Positions 18,529-29,767 of a stretch of DNA of 64,000 nt are shown here, piece by piece. Within the stretch, counting starts at the first letter, position 1, and each line of letters begins with the position of its first letter. The notes under the pieces were generated by a model. That model searched no databases. It was not told the origin of the DNA and was given only the letters and a program-made list of their open reading frames with translations. The position numbers were made by a program, and so were the translations under genes. This DNA comes from Pseudomonas sp. (GTDB lineage: Bacteria > Pseudomonadota > Gammaproteobacteria > Pseudomonadales > Pseudomonadaceae). The stretch lies in the NCBI GenBank assembly GCA_034670165.1, contig JAXMNZ010000007.1, positions 39,293 through 103,292 on the forward strand. Direction: 5' to 3'.

Positions 18529-19311
18529 TCAGACTACCGAGTTGCCGCCGTCCACGGCGATCGCCTGACCGGTCACATGGCGTGAGGCCTCGGAAGCCAG
18601 GAATACGGCTGGCCCCTTGATGTCCTCTTCCCCACCGATACGGCCCAGGGGCGTGCCCTGCTTGATCATCTCGGTCACCTTTTCCAGACCCTTGGCCAGC
18701 TTGGTCGGGAAATAGCCGGGGCAGATGGCGTTGACGTTGATGTTGTAGGCGCCCCACTCACCCGCCAGCGCGCGGGTCAGGTTGATAGCAGCGGCCTTGC
18801 TGGTGTTGTAGGCCACGGTATGGATGCCCGAATTGGCACGATTACCCTTGAAGCCGGCAATCGAGGCAATGTTGATGATCTTGCCCGACTGGCGGGGAAT
18901 CATGAAACGTCGGGCGACTTCCTGTGCCATCAGGAAGCACACATCGACGTTGAGGGTCATGACCTTCTGCCAGCCTTCGTAGCTGTGGTCCTCGGCCGGC
19001 TGCCCCCAGGTGGTTCCGGCATTGTTGACCAGGATGTCCACGGTACCGAACTTGGCTTCGACCGCATCGACCAGCCCCTTGACCGGCTGGGTGTCGAGCT
19101 TGCCCAGATCACAGGCCAGGCCGCCGGCCTCGATGCCCTGGGCATTGAGCTGGGCGACGACTTCATCGACTTCGGCCGCATTACGCGCGCTGATGAAGAC
19201 CTTGGCACCCTGCTCGCCCAGGGCTTCAGCCATCTGCAGTCCCAGACCCTTGGTGCCACCAGTGATCAGGGCCACCTTGCCAGTCAGATCGAACAATTGC
19301 TTGACGCTCAT
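18529..19311 (-). CDS. SDR family oxidoreductase (gluconate 5-dehydrogenase-like)
   Basis: ALITGGTKGLG, NNAG, YNTSKAA. Start moved to ATG 19311 (MSVKQLFDLTGKVALITGG). The 70-aa track extension is Arg/Gly-rich junk. Confidence 0.85.
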   Translation of the reverse strand: MSVKQLFDLTGKVALITGGTKGLGLQMAEALGEQGAKVFISARNAAEVDEVVAQLNAQGIEAGGLACDLGKLDTQPVKGLVDAVEAKFGTVDILVNNAGTTWGQPAEDHSYEGWQKVMTLNVDVCFLMAQEVARRFMIPRQSGKIINIASIAGFKGNRANSGIHTVAYNTSKAAAINLTRALAGEWGAYNINVNAICPGYFPTKLAKGLEKVTEMIKQGTPLGRIGGEEDIKGPAVFLASEASRHVTGQAIAVDGGNSVV

Positions 19312-19456
19312 GGGATATCCTCTTGTTTGAATCGTAGACAGAAACGTGGGCACATCATACCGACTCCGGAGCGTCCGACCGACCATCAGTGATCCGGGTG
19401 ATGTACCACCACCTCCCGGTGTTATCATGCCACCCCTTTTTCTGCGGTGACGCCCC

Positions 19457-19897
19457 ATGGCCCAACACGATTTCCGGCACAGTCTTTTCAACCCGGCGCA
19501 CACATTGATCGAGTGCCGCACGCTGGCGGCCGGCCTGTATCAGGTAACCGGTCATGGCGGCGGCATCCAGCCTGGCGACACCCTGATCTGTACGGTCAAG
19601 GGAAGCCGCGATCTTCCCATGACACTGGAGGTGGACAAGGTACGCTACCTGATCAACCCACCCGGTCAATGGACCGCCACGGCCAGGGGTCCCGATCTGC
19701 GCGGACAGGCCGTGCTCGGCTGGTCGATACGCTGCGATGAGTGTAGCCGAGAGGAGCCCTTCGAATTTCTGGTACTCGAGAGCGACTCCCTGCCCGTGCG
19801 CACCAGCAAGGCCGTAGCCCGGATCGGCGCAATGGGCTGGCAGCCCCGGGGCGAAAATCACCTGTGTCCAACCTGCGCAAAAAAACAACCCGACTGA
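19457..19897 (+). CDS. hypothetical protein with putative C-terminal zinc ribbon
   Basis: 146-aa ORF. Cys pairs CDEC (93-96) and CPTC (137-140). No family recognised. Convergent with dinB. Confidence 0.5.
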   Translation: MAQHDFRHSLFNPAHTLIECRTLAAGLYQVTGHGGGIQPGDTLICTVKGSRDLPMTLEVDKVRYLINPPGQWTATARGPDLRGQAVLGWSIRCDECSREEPFEFLVLESDSLPVRTSKAVARIGAMGWQPRGENHLCPTCAKKQPD

Positions 19898-19903
19898 GGC
19901 ACC

Positions 19904-20956
19904 TCAGAACAGGCTGAGTTGTTCACCAAGCAGGCTGTGAGCGTGATCCAGACGCACGCCCACGCCGATCAATCTGACCGGTCGCCCGCCGCGCGCGAAG
20001 GCCTGAATACAGAGTTCGCGGTAGCCTTCGGGGGTGACCGGCGCACCTGCCTGCTCCAGCGTGGTCTGGGTAAAGTCATGGAATTTGAGTTTAATGAAGG
20101 GCTTGCTGACGCGGTATTCCCCTTCGAGCCGGCCGAGCCGTTGCGCCAGCTTCTCCAGCAAGGGCGCCAGGGCGTGCAGGCAGGCATCCAGATCCGGTAG
20201 ATCCTGGTCGTAGGTATTTTCCACGCTGACCGACTGTCGCTTGCTTTCCACCGTCAGGGGCCGATCGTCAATACCCCGGGCAAGCTGCCACAAGCGCTCA
20301 CCGAAGCTGCCAAACTCCTTGGCCAGGTCCTGCTTGCGCCAGGGCAAGAGTTCCGCGCAGACGTCCACCCCCAGGCTCTTCAGGCGCGCTGCAGTGACCC
20401 TCCCAACCCCATGCAGGCGCTCGACCGGGAGTTTCTTGACGAACGCCTCTACCTCGTCGGGCAGGATCACCATCAACCCATCAGGCTTGTTCCAGTCACT
20501 GGCGATTTTCGCCAGAAACTTGTTGGGCGCCACTCCGGCGGACACGGTAATACCCTGATCGGCCTGCACCAGGCGCCTTATTTCCTTTGCCATCAGAGTA
20601 GCGCTGCCACGGCAGGACTCACTGGCCGTGACGTCAAGATAGGCTTCATCCAGCGACAGCGGCTGAATAAGTTCGGTAAACCGGGTAAAGATGGCGTGGA
20701 TTGCCTGCGAGGCTTCGCGGTAGGCCGCCATACGCGGCGGAACGATCAGCAGGTCGGGGCACAGCCTGCGCGCATAGGCCGAAGCCATTGCCGAGCGCAC
20801 ACCGAACGCCCGGGCCTCATAGTTGCAGGTAGCGATCACGCCGCGCTTGTCCGGATCACCACCCACCGCCAGGGGGCGACCGCGCAGACGCGGATCGTCG
20901 CGCATTTCTATGGCAGCGTAAAAACAGTCACAGTCGACATGGATGATTTTGCGCAC
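19904..20956 (-). CDS. dinB: DNA polymerase IV
   Basis: MRKIIHVDCDCFYAAIEMRDDPRLRGRPLAVGG, SLDEAYLDVT and the rest of the Y-family core. 350 aa. Confidence 0.93.
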   Translation of the reverse strand: MRKIIHVDCDCFYAAIEMRDDPRLRGRPLAVGGDPDKRGVIATCNYEARAFGVRSAMASAYARRLCPDLLIVPPRMAAYREASQAIHAIFTRFTELIQPLSLDEAYLDVTASESCRGSATLMAKEIRRLVQADQGITVSAGVAPNKFLAKIASDWNKPDGLMVILPDEVEAFVKKLPVERLHGVGRVTAARLKSLGVDVCAELLPWRKQDLAKEFGSFGERLWQLARGIDDRPLTVESKRQSVSVENTYDQDLPDLDACLHALAPLLEKLAQRLGRLEGEYRVSKPFIKLKFHDFTQTTLEQAGAPVTPEGYRELCIQAFARGGRPVRLIGVGVRLDHAHSLLGEQLSLF

Positions 20957-21065
20957 GGCGGGCTGACTCGGCTAGCTCGGCAGGGATCGGTTGAGGATCC
21001 CATTGTACGCGATCACCGGGCCTACAGCGTTTGACCGCTGGTCGTTCTGGCTTGAATGGTGGGCG

Positions 21066-22259
21066 TCAGCTCGCCACCACCTGGTTCCGGCCTGCCTCCT
21101 TGCCCTGGTAGAGCGCCTTGTCGGCGCGACGAATCACGTCCTCGATGGTGGCATCCTCTGCTACCACCTCCGTGACCGCAAAAGTCGCGGTAACCTGGAG
21201 CACCTTGTCTCCCACATTCACCGGGCTGGCCTGCAGCTTCTCGCGCAGCCGACTGATGACCGTCAGCGCATTGTCGAGATCGGTATCAGGCAACAGCAGG
21301 ATAAACTCCTCGCCACCAAAGCGCCCGACGATGTCCGTATGCCGGAGCGTGTCCACGAAAAGATCGGAAATGTGCTTGAGCACCTGGTCACCGGCGTCGT
21401 GGCCATGCTCGTCGTTGACCCTCTTGAAATGGTCCAGATCGGCGACGCACAGTGACAGCTTGCTGCCATGGCGCTTTACCCGCTCCTGCTCACGGGAGAA
21501 CAGGTTTTCGTATTGCCGGCGATTGAGTAGTCCGGTCAGCGGATCGGTGGTCGCCTGAAGCTTGAGCTCGACTTCGAGCGCTTCACGGCGCTTGATCTCC
21601 GCCTGCAGGGACTGGTTGACCTGCACTGTTTCCATGAACAGCGCGTATTGCTGCCGGCTGGCCAGATTCAAACGCGTGGCGGCAAAGTAGCCGACAATGG
21701 TGGGAAAGCACAGGATAAAGAACAGAGCCACTAGCGTCGGCGGCTCCGCGCCGAGCAGAAACAGGCAATACAATGTGCCGAAAATGCCAAAAAACGCGAC
21801 GATATTGGAATGAACCACGCGGTTCGGGATAAAGATGTACAGACTGATCAGTATTATGACTGTGACACCAATGTTCCAGCTGACGATGTCAGGCCGTACG
21901 AAATAGATAATAAAGAAGAGCAGGAATCCCAGAACCTCAAGGATCGAGACCCCTACGCCGTCCTTGGCAAGATCTGATCGATATTTGACCATTACCGAAA
22001 ACGACAGCAGGAAGAAGGCCGATAAAAGCCGGGAACCCATCAGATGATAGAAACCGTCACTGTGCCCCAGGGCCATGAAATCCAGCCAGCCGAATGCCAC
22101 AAGCAGGAAGGCCCACACCCGAAGGGCGACGACCAAATGCCGTGCGGTCACTTCCTTGACGTGTTCCCGGTAGTCACTCTCGGTGTGCTTTGACAGGAAT
22201 TCCCCGCGCCAGACAGACAGGGCAAAATGATCGGTATGTTTGGTCACCTTGGACTCCAC
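21066..22259 (-). CDS. membrane-anchored diguanylate cyclase (GGDEF domain)
   Basis: About six N-terminal hydrophobic segments, a coiled linker, and a GGDEF domain with RFGGEEFILLLPDT and an RxxD-like site upstream. The track start is GTG 22259. GTG 22247 has a better GGAG spacing. Confidence 0.85.
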   Translation of the reverse strand: MESKVTKHTDHFALSVWRGEFLSKHTESDYREHVKEVTARHLVVALRVWAFLLVAFGWLDFMALGHSDGFYHLMGSRLLSAFFLLSFSVMVKYRSDLAKDGVGVSILEVLGFLLFFIIYFVRPDIVSWNIGVTVIILISLYIFIPNRVVHSNIVAFFGIFGTLYCLFLLGAEPPTLVALFFILCFPTIVGYFAATRLNLASRQQYALFMETVQVNQSLQAEIKRREALEVELKLQATTDPLTGLLNRRQYENLFSREQERVKRHGSKLSLCVADLDHFKRVNDEHGHDAGDQVLKHISDLFVDTLRHTDIVGRFGGEEFILLLPDTDLDNALTVISRLREKLQASPVNVGDKVLQVTATFAVTEVVAEDATIEDVIRRADKALYQGKEAGRNQVVAS

Positions 22260-22464
22260 CGCCGCGGAGGGCGATATTTATTATTTTTTGATCGGCTGAC
22301 TCTTTTTGGAGCATACGCCAAAGGAGTCGCTTTAGCCAAATAGCAATGATGGCATTGTGACGCACATCAAAGAACGCGGGGCCTGGCGAGCTGTTTGCCA
22401 TGGTCACGGAGCGGACCTCACCCAAGCATAACCCGCGAGGAAAAAATCTTTTCTGTTCAATCGC

Positions 22465-22492
22465 TTGACAGCCCTCCGCCAATGAGTAGAAT
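22465..22492 (+). promoter_or_regulatory. promoter of tRNA-fMet, with stable-RNA-type features
   Basis: TTGACA (22465-22470), 16-nt spacer, TAGAAT (22487-22492). An A/T-rich UP-like tract (gaggaaaaaatcttttctgttcaa) lies upstream. A GC-rich discriminator (GGCGCCC) precedes the tRNA 5-prime end 12 nt downstream. Confidence 0.6.
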
Positions 22493-22504
22493 GGCGCCCT
22501 CAGA

Positions 22505-22581
<77 letters not shown>

Positions 22582-22588
22582 CATTGAA

Positions 22589-22626
22589 AACCGTCGAACG
22601 GATATTCTCCTTCGGCGGTTTTTTTT
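22589..22626 (+). terminator. rho-independent terminator after tRNA-fMet
   Basis: 8-bp stem CCGTCGAA/TTCGGCGG (one G-U pair), 12-nt loop, followed by a run of eight T. Confidence 0.75.
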
Positions 22627-22711
22627 GCCTGAAATTTACCGTGACTGTACATTGCGGACTCCCCTTGCCGCCCTATACTGGGAGCGACCTCATTCAGGAT
22701 GGAAACCCTCA

Positions 22712-23476
22712 ATGGTACTTTCGCGCCTGAGCATGCTGCCGCTGTTGCTCGTTACCTGTCTCGCGATGGCCGATACCCGCGAAAACGATACCAGGAGGCC
22801 GGTCTTCCTGATCGCCGAGGTCTGGCCCTGGGGCTACTTCGACGAAAACCAGCAGCCTGCGGGCCTGATTCACCAGTTCGCTACCCGCCTGGCCAGCCGG
22901 GCAGACATCGACATGCAGTATCGGGTCTTGCCACCTCAAAGAGTATTGGCTGATCTGGAGCGTAACGAAGGCGACTTCACCATGTTGTTCCAGAACCCTG
23001 ATCTGCATCGCTATGCCCAACCGATCGGGCTGATCCAGGTCAGCGACATCCTGCTCATCGCCCGCAGGGACTCCGCCCAGCAACTGACCCTTGAAGCCCT
23101 GGCTGGCAAGCCACTCGGGTATATCGCGGGCACCAACTACGGCGAAGCCTTCCATGCTGATCGCGGCACCGTGAAAATACCCATAACCGGACTGACGCAA
23201 GCCATTCGCATGCTGCAACTGGGTCGCCTGGAAGCCATGATTACCAGTGACATACTGTTGCATCACAGCCTCAAGGAGGCGGAGGTTCCTCCCCACGCCT
23301 TTCGCGCACGCCTGCTGACCCAGGGCCACGAGGCCATCCTCTATATGGCCAGTGACAGCCCGAACGCGCATCAGCTGCCGGCCGTCAGCGCGGCCCTCGA
23401 AGCGATGCATGAACATGGCGAACTGGCTGACCTGTTTCGCAACTCCCTGGATCTGCCACCGATGGACAAGGATTAG
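22712..23476 (+). CDS. periplasmic substrate-binding protein (family 3 solute-binding domain), orphan
   Basis: Signal peptide MVLSRLSMLPLLLVTCLAMA. About 250 aa with an SBP_bac_3-like layout. No permease or ATPase gene adjacent. Start moved to ATG 22712. Confidence 0.65.
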   Translation: MVLSRLSMLPLLLVTCLAMADTRENDTRRPVFLIAEVWPWGYFDENQQPAGLIHQFATRLASRADIDMQYRVLPPQRVLADLERNEGDFTMLFQNPDLHRYAQPIGLIQVSDILLIARRDSAQQLTLEALAGKPLGYIAGTNYGEAFHADRGTVKIPITGLTQAIRMLQLGRLEAMITSDILLHHSLKEAEVPPHAFRARLLTQGHEAILYMASDSPNAHQLPAVSAALEAMHEHGELADLFRNSLDLPPMDKD

Positions 23477-23574
23477 GGCAGTCCTGCCCGCGTCCGTTTT
23501 CCCCCTGTATCAACCGCTTCCGGCCGACTACCATGGACAGATAACATCCGTCCCACTGCAACGGAGCAGCCAGC

Positions 23575-24468
23575 ATGCATATCGGTTTCATCGGCCTGGG
23601 CAACATGGGGGGCCCCATGGCCCACAATCTGCTCGCAGCAGGCTATCGGCTGACGGTGTTTGACCTGTCTGCGGATGCCGTCCAGGGCCTGGTGGCCAAA
23701 GGGGCCGCAGCAGCAGACTCGGTCACCGAACTGGCCGCCAGCGATGTGGAACTGATCATTACCATGTTGCCGGCGGCAGCCCAGGTACGAGAGGTCTATC
23801 TCGCCGATGCCGGCATACTGGCCGTGGTCGCGCCGGAGGTCAGGCTGATCGACAGCTCCACCATCGATCCGCTGACGGCCCGCGAAGTGGCTGCTGCGGC
23901 AATCAGCCATGGCAACGCCATGCTCGACGCGCCCGTGTCCGGGGGCACCGGCGGAGCTCAGGCTGGCACTCTGACCTTCATGGTAGGCGGCGCCGCCACT
24001 GATTACGACGCCGTCCTTGAAGTGCTGCAGGCCATGGGCAGGAATATCGTCCACTGCGGTCCAGCCGGCAATGGACAGGTCGCCAAGGTCGCCAACAACA
24101 TGCTGCTCGCCATATCCATGATCGGCGTGGCCGAGGCGATGAATCTGGGCGTGTCCCTGGGCATGGACCCCGGCGTGCTGGCCGGCGTGATCAACACCTC
24201 CAGCGGCCGCTGCTGGAGTTCGGATACCTATAACCCCTATCCGGGAGTGATCGAAGGTGTCCCGGCTAGCCGCAACTACACTGGCGGGTTCGGGACCGAC
24301 CTGATGCTCAAGGACCTGGGGCTGGCCACCGAGGCAGCCCGACAGCAGAAGCAGCCGGTCATGCTTGGCGCCCTCGCACAGCAGCTGTATCAGACATTCA
24401 GTAGCCAGGGCCACGGCTCCCTGGATTTTTCCGCCATAATCAAAATGTACTCAGGAGAGGATAAATGA
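23575..24468 (+). CDS. mmsB: 3-hydroxyisobutyrate dehydrogenase
   Basis: MHIGFIGLGNMGGPMAHNLLAAGY NAD fold and GGTGGAQAGTLTFMVGG. 297 aa. Confidence 0.88.
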   Translation: MHIGFIGLGNMGGPMAHNLLAAGYRLTVFDLSADAVQGLVAKGAAAADSVTELAASDVELIITMLPAAAQVREVYLADAGILAVVAPEVRLIDSSTIDPLTAREVAAAAISHGNAMLDAPVSGGTGGAQAGTLTFMVGGAATDYDAVLEVLQAMGRNIVHCGPAGNGQVAKVANNMLLAISMIGVAEAMNLGVSLGMDPGVLAGVINTSSGRCWSSDTYNPYPGVIEGVPASRNYTGGFGTDLMLKDLGLATEAARQQKQPVMLGALAQQLYQTFSSQGHGSLDFSAIIKMYSGEDK

Positions 24469-25511
24469 CACAGCCGCAAGCGGTCGTGCTGGCCGAATCG
24501 CGCAACCATATAGGGCATCTGACCCTCAACCGTCCCGAGGGCCTCAATGCACTGACGCTGGAGATGGTTCATCTTCTGCATGAACAGCTCAAGGCCTGGG
24601 CCGCAGACGCGTCGGTGCGAGCGGTCGTGATCCGCGGCGCTGGCGACCGCGCCTTTTGCGCCGGTGGGGATATCCGCGGCCTGTATGATCTGCACAAGGC
24701 CGGAAAGCACGGCATCGAGGAATTCTTCAGGCACGAATATCTGCTTGATCAGTACATGCATGATTACCCGAAACCCATTCTGGCTCTGCTGGATGGCTTC
24801 GTGCTGGGCGGCGGCATGGGCCTGGCCCAGGGGTGCAGCCTGAGACTGGTCAGCGAGCGGGCGCGACTGGGCATGCCGGAAACCGGCATTGGCTACTTCC
24901 CCGACGTCGGCGGCAGCTACTTTCTGCCGCGGCTGCCGGGCAAGCTGGGACTGTATCTGGGCCTCACCGGCAACCATGTGAATGCCGCCGATGCCCTGTA
25001 TGCCGGGCTGGCCGATGTGCACCTGCCCAGTGAAAGACTGGCCAAAATCGACCAGCACCTTGACCAACTGGACTGGTCCCTCAAGACCCCCGAGCAAATG
25101 ATCCGCGACATCGCCCTCACTGAATTGCCGGGCAGTGAACTGGCCAGACTGCGGCCTGCCATCGATCATCACTTTGCCGAGCGCGACATAGCGGCGATCC
25201 GCCATTCCCTGCTGGATGAGCATCGCAGCGAGTACAAGGATTGGGCTCAGGCGACGGTCAAGACCATGGACCAACGCTCGCCGCTGGCCATGGCGGTTAC
25301 CCTCGAACTGCTGCGCCGTGGAGCCAAACTCGACCTGCCCGATTGCTTCGCCATGGAACTGCACCTGGATCGCCAGTGGTTCGAGCATGGCGATATCGTC
25401 GAGGGCGTGCGCGCCCTGCTGGTGGACAAGGACAAGAGCCCGCGATGGAATCCGCCCTCCATTTCGCAACTCGACCCGAGCCGGGTCAATGCATTCTTCA
25501 AGGGGCTGTAA
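24465..25511 (+). CDS. 3-hydroxyisobutyryl-CoA hydrolase (enoyl-CoA hydratase/isomerase family)
   Basis: Crotonase fold FCAGGDIR, GFVLGGGMGL, MPETGIGYFPDVGGSYFL. 4-nt overlap (ATGA) with mmsB. Confidence 0.8.
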   Translation: MTQPQAVVLAESRNHIGHLTLNRPEGLNALTLEMVHLLHEQLKAWAADASVRAVVIRGAGDRAFCAGGDIRGLYDLHKAGKHGIEEFFRHEYLLDQYMHDYPKPILALLDGFVLGGGMGLAQGCSLRLVSERARLGMPETGIGYFPDVGGSYFLPRLPGKLGLYLGLTGNHVNAADALYAGLADVHLPSERLAKIDQHLDQLDWSLKTPEQMIRDIALTELPGSELARLRPAIDHHFAERDIAAIRHSLLDEHRSEYKDWAQATVKTMDQRSPLAMAVTLELLRRGAKLDLPDCFAMELHLDRQWFEHGDIVEGVRALLVDKDKSPRWNPPSISQLDPSRVNAFFKGL

Positions 25512-26663
25512 ATGAACGATCTGGAGTTCACCGAGGAGCAGCGGATGGTGCGGGATATGGCGCGGGATTTTGCGCGCGCCGAGCTGGCACCCCGGGCCGC
25601 AGGATTTGATCAGCAGGGCTGGATTGATGACGCGGTGGTGCGCCACATGGGCGAGCTCGGGCTGCTCGGTATGGTCGTGCCCGAGGACCAGGGCGGCAGC
25701 TTCACCGACTACAGTGCCTATGCCCTGGCGGTGGAAGAGATATCCGCAGGCTGTGGTGCCACGGGTGCGCTGATGAGCGTACACAACTCGGTCGGTTGCG
25801 GGCCCGTGCTCAATTACGGCTCAGCCGAGCAACAGCAGACCTGGCTACGGAAGCTGGCAACCGGCCAGGCAATCGGCTGCTTCTGTCTGACCGAGCCGCA
25901 TGCCGGTTCGGAAGCGCACAACCTGCGCACCCGGGCGGTGCTGGAAGATGGCGAATGGGTCATCAACGGTGCCAAGCAGTTTGTCACCAACGGCAAACGG
26001 GCAAGCCTCGCCGTGGTGTTTGCCGTGACCGATCCGGAGCTCGGCAAGAAGGGACTCTCGGCCTTTCTGGTGCCCACGGACAATCCGGGCTTTCGCGTCG
26101 AACGCATGGAGCACAAGCTGGGTATTCGTGGCTCGGATACCTGCGCGATCACCCTGGACAATTGCCGACTGCCTGAAAGCAGTCTGCTGGGTGTGCGGGG
26201 CAAGGGCCTGTCCATTGCGCTGTCGAACCTGGAGGGCGGGCGTATCGGCATTGCCGCCCAGGCGCTGGGGATTGCCCGCGCAGCCTTCGAGGCCGCTCTG
26301 GTCTATGCCCGGGAGCGCACCCAGTTTGGCCAGGCGCTGACCGAGCATCAGAGTATTGCCAATATGCTGGCCGACATGCACATGAAGCTCAATGCCACCC
26401 GGCTGTTGATATTGCATGCCGCACGTTTGCGTAGCGCCGGGCAGCCATGCCTGTCGGAGGCCTCCCAGGCCAAACTGTACGCCAGCGAAATGGCCGAAGA
26501 GGTGTGTTCGAAGGCCATCCAGATCCACGGTGGCTACGGCTACCTGGACGATTATCCGGTGGAAAGACTCTACCGCGACGCACGCATTACCCAGATTTAC
26601 GAAGGCACCAGCGAGATCCAGCGCCTGTTGATCGCCCGGGAGCTGCGGCATTACAGCCTGTGA
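25512..26663 (+). CDS. acyl-CoA dehydrogenase (isobutyryl-CoA dehydrogenase-like)
   Basis: ACAD blocks [10 protein letters not shown] and [42 protein letters not shown]. Starts immediately after the upstream stop. Confidence 0.88.
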   Translation: MNDLEFTEEQRMVRDMARDFARAELAPRAAGFDQQGWIDDAVVRHMGELGLLGMVVPEDQGGSFTDYSAYALAVEEISAGCGATGALMSVHNSVGCGPVLNYGSAEQQQTWLRKLATGQAIGCFCLTEPHAGSEAHNLRTRAVLEDGEWVINGAKQFVTNGKRASLAVVFAVTDPELGKKGLSAFLVPTDNPGFRVERMEHKLGIRGSDTCAITLDNCRLPESSLLGVRGKGLSIALSNLEGGRIGIAAQALGIARAAFEAALVYARERTQFGQALTEHQSIANMLADMHMKLNATRLLILHAARLRSAGQPCLSEASQAKLYASEMAEEVCSKAIQIHGGYGYLDDYPVERLYRDARITQIYEGTSEIQRLLIARELRHYSL

Positions 26664-26683
26664 GGCGCGGATGTGCTCAGTGG

Positions 26684-29600
26684 CTAGTGAAAGTCGCGGC
26701 TGCGCACATCCAGACCGGAGAGCAGGTCACTGATGTCCTGCAAGCGTCCGGCAATAATATGCCGGACGCCCTTCTCGGATTCGAATCGACCATCCACCCG
26801 TAGCAGTTGCGAGCCTACCAGCTCCTTGCGTTGCCGCTCCCCCAGATCCTGCCAGACGATGACATTCATCATGCCGAACTCGTCTTCCAGGGTAACGAAG
26901 GTGACTCCATTTGCCGTACCTGGCCGTTGTCGTCCGGTGACCAGCCCGGCGACGGATATGGGCCTGCTGCTTTCGGCCCACAGCAGGTCACGTGAACTGC
27001 GGCATCGACGACGACTCAGCTCCTCGCGAAGCAGGGACAAGGGATGCGGGCCCAGGGTGGTGCCGACGGCAGCATAGTCGGCAAACAGATTCTCGGCCAC
27101 TGTCGGTGATGGCAGGCAAACCGCTTCCTCCTGCTCGGCGGGTTGCCCTGTGAACAGCGGCATTTGCGATTCCACGCCAGCGACGGCCCAACGCGCCTGA
27201 TGGCGATCCCCGCTCAGCGCCTGCAGGGCTCCGGCATCGGCCAGCAATGCGCAGTCGCGCTGATTCAGTCCCGCGCGCACACTGAGATCGCTCGCATCCC
27301 TGAAGGGGGCTGACTCCCTGACCTGGACAATACGCCTGCCGGCTTCTTCATGCAGACCGCGAACCATGCGCAACCCCAGTCGAATACCCGGTTGCTCCTC
27401 TGCCTCGCGGCCGGGGACGGCTTCAAGGGTACAATCCCAATGACTGCACAGCACATCGACCGGAAAAATCTCAATCCGGTGCCGGCGTGCATCCTGCAGG
27501 ATCTGGTCAGGACTGTAGAAACCCATCGGCCAGCTGTTGATCAGGGCACAGGCAAAGGCTGCAGGCTCGTTGCATTTGAGCCAGCTGCTGGCATAGGTCA
27601 ACAGGGCGAAACTGGCCGCATGGGATTCCGGGAAACCATAACTGCCGAAGCCCTTGATCTGCTCGAAAATCTGCGCGGCAAACTCGGCTGTATAGCCGCG
27701 TTCCAGCATGCCCTTGGCCAGTCTTTCCTGATGAGGCTCCAGCCCGCCTCGGCGTTTCCATGCGGCCATCGAGCGGCGCAACTGGTCAGCCTCCCCTGCC
27801 GAATACCCCGCCGCGACAATCGCCATTTCCATGACCTGCTCCTGGAACAGGGGTACGCCCAGGGTTCGCTCGAACACGTCCTTGAGCGCTTCCGAGGGAT
27901 AGACCACCTCCTCCTCCCCGTTGCGCCGGCGCAGGTAGGGATGGACCATATCCCCCTGAATGGGTCCGGGACGCACAATAGCTACCTCGATGACCAGATC
28001 ATAGAAGGTTCTGGGTTTGAGTCTGGGCAGCATGGCCATCTGCGCGCGGGACTCGATCTGGAACACGCCTACCGTATCGGCGCGCCCGAGCATGTCGTAG
28101 GTAGCTGCATCCTCGGCAGGTATCGTGGCCAGGGTCAGATCCCGTTGGCGGTATTCACGCAACAGATCAAAACTGCGCCGCAGCGCACTGAGCATGCCCA
28201 GGGCCAATATATCGACCTTGAGCAGGCCGACCATGTCGAGATCATCCTTGTCCCACTGAATGATGGTGCGATCATCCATGGCAGCGTTCTCTACCGGCAC
28301 CAGCGTCTGCAGGGGGTGCTCGGAAATGACGAAGCCGCCAGGGTGTTGCGACAGGTGCCGAGGGAAGCCGATCAGTTGCTCGGTCAGGGTCAACACTCGG
28401 TGCACAATGGGATTATCCGGATCGAAACCGGCTTCACGCAGGCGTTCTGGCGTCGGCACCTTGCTGCTCCAGCGACCGCAACACTCGGCCAGGGCGGTGA
28501 CCTGGTCGGGTGGCAAGCCCAGCACCCTGGCCACATCCCGCAGAGCGCCGGCGCTGCGATAGGAGCTGGCGACTGCAGTCAGGGCAGCGCGATGGCGGCC
28601 ATATCGGCGGAAGACATACTGGATGACCTCCTCGCGGCGATCATGCTCGAAATCCACATCGATATCCGGTGGCTCGTTGCGTTCACGGGAAAGAAACCGC
28701 TCGAACAGCATATTCATCCGCGACGGATCAATTTCGGTAACGCCCAGGGCAAAGCACACAGCCGAATTGGCGGCCGAGCCGCGCCCCTGACAGAGGATGT
28801 GGCGGCTGCGGGCAAAACGGACAATGTCATGCACGGTCAGAAAATAGCTTTCATACTGCAGCTCGGCGATCAGCTCGAGCTCCCTGTCGATCTGCTCTCG
28901 CACCTTGGGGGTTATGCCCTGAGGCCAGCGCCAGGCGATCCCCTCCTCGGTCAACTGTCGCAGCCAGGCGCTGGCCGAATAGCCTTCAGGGACCAGCTCA
29001 CGGGGGTACTGGTAGCGCAGTTGCCCCAGGTCGAAATGACAGCGCTGGGCAATTGCCAGGGTTTCTGCCAGCAGCTCTGCAGGATAGGTCTGCGTCAGCA
29101 GCTGAGGATTACGCAGGTGCCGCTCGCCATTGGGATACAGACGCAGTCCGGCCTCGGCCACCGTGCAGTGATGCCTGATCGCCGTCATCGTATCCTGCAA
29201 GGCCCGCCGCCCCCTGGCATGCATGTGCACGTCACCGGCGGCCACCGGGCGAATGCCCAGCTCCCGGGCACAGCGCAGCAATAGCTGCAACCGGGCTCTA
29301 TCGTCCGGACCACAATGCAGCTCGACAGCCAGCCAGAGACACTCGCCAAAGCGCTCCCTGAGCCAGTAACCCTGCGCCATGTCGGGCTCACTCTGGGGTA
29401 CCCAAAGCGCGAGGAGACCGTCCAGCGATTGCGCGAAATCCTCGTGCAGCAAAGAATACTCGCCCTTGGCAGCGCGCCGTCGTGCGCTGGTAATCAGGCC
29501 GCACAGTGTCTGGTATCCGGCCAGACTCTCCGCCAGCAGCACCACCTTGGGGCCCGATTCGATCTGCATTTCACAGCCGACGATCAGTTGAATCCGGGTT

Positions 29601-29767
29601 TCCTGCGCTGCCTGCCAGGCCCGCACGATACCGGCCATGGTGCATTCATCGGTAATGGCCAGCGCCCGGTAACCATGATGGGCAGCCCGCTCGAACAACT
29701 CCGCTGCACTGGAGGCGCCACGCTGAAAGGAGAAATTGGACAGACAATGCAACTCGGCATATTGCAT
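26684..29767 (-). CDS. dnaE2: error-prone DNA polymerase DnaE2 (ImuC)
   Basis: [46 protein letters not shown] (PHP domain) plus the full pol III alpha core. 1027 aa, the DnaE2 size rather than the DnaE size. Confidence 0.93.
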   Translation of the reverse strand: MQYAELHCLSNFSFQRGASSAAELFERAAHHGYRALAITDECTMAGIVRAWQAAQETRIQLIVGCEMQIESGPKVVLLAESLAGYQTLCGLITSARRRAAKGEYSLLHEDFAQSLDGLLALWVPQSEPDMAQGYWLRERFGECLWLAVELHCGPDDRARLQLLLRCARELGIRPVAAGDVHMHARGRRALQDTMTAIRHHCTVAEAGLRLYPNGERHLRNPQLLTQTYPAELLAETLAIAQRCHFDLGQLRYQYPRELVPEGYSASAWLRQLTEEGIAWRWPQGITPKVREQIDRELELIAELQYESYFLTVHDIVRFARSRHILCQGRGSAANSAVCFALGVTEIDPSRMNMLFERFLSRERNEPPDIDVDFEHDRREEVIQYVFRRYGRHRAALTAVASSYRSAGALRDVARVLGLPPDQVTALAECCGRWSSKVPTPERLREAGFDPDNPIVHRVLTLTEQLIGFPRHLSQHPGGFVISEHPLQTLVPVENAAMDDRTIIQWDKDDLDMVGLLKVDILALGMLSALRRSFDLLREYRQRDLTLATIPAEDAATYDMLGRADTVGVFQIESRAQMAMLPRLKPRTFYDLVIEVAIVRPGPIQGDMVHPYLRRRNGEEEVVYPSEALKDVFERTLGVPLFQEQVMEMAIVAAGYSAGEADQLRRSMAAWKRRGGLEPHQERLAKGMLERGYTAEFAAQIFEQIKGFGSYGFPESHAASFALLTYASSWLKCNEPAAFACALINSWPMGFYSPDQILQDARRHRIEIFPVDVLCSHWDCTLEAVPGREAEEQPGIRLGLRMVRGLHEEAGRRIVQVRESAPFRDASDLSVRAGLNQRDCALLADAGALQALSGDRHQARWAVAGVESQMPLFTGQPAEQEEAVCLPSPTVAENLFADYAAVGTTLGPHPLSLLREELSRRRCRSSRDLLWAESSRPISVAGLVTGRQRPGTANGVTFVTLEDEFGMMNVIVWQDLGERQRKELVGSQLLRVDGRFESEKGVRHIIAGRLQDISDLLSGLDVRSRDFH

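Noticed and set aside
20957-21065. SOS box upstream of dinB. The dinG upstream region 15739-15895 was checked as well.
   Set aside because: Only a CTGT half-site followed by TGAT instead of ACAG at the N8 spacing. Nothing resembles CTGT-N8-ACAG upstream of dinG. Checked by eye, so weak sites could have been missed.
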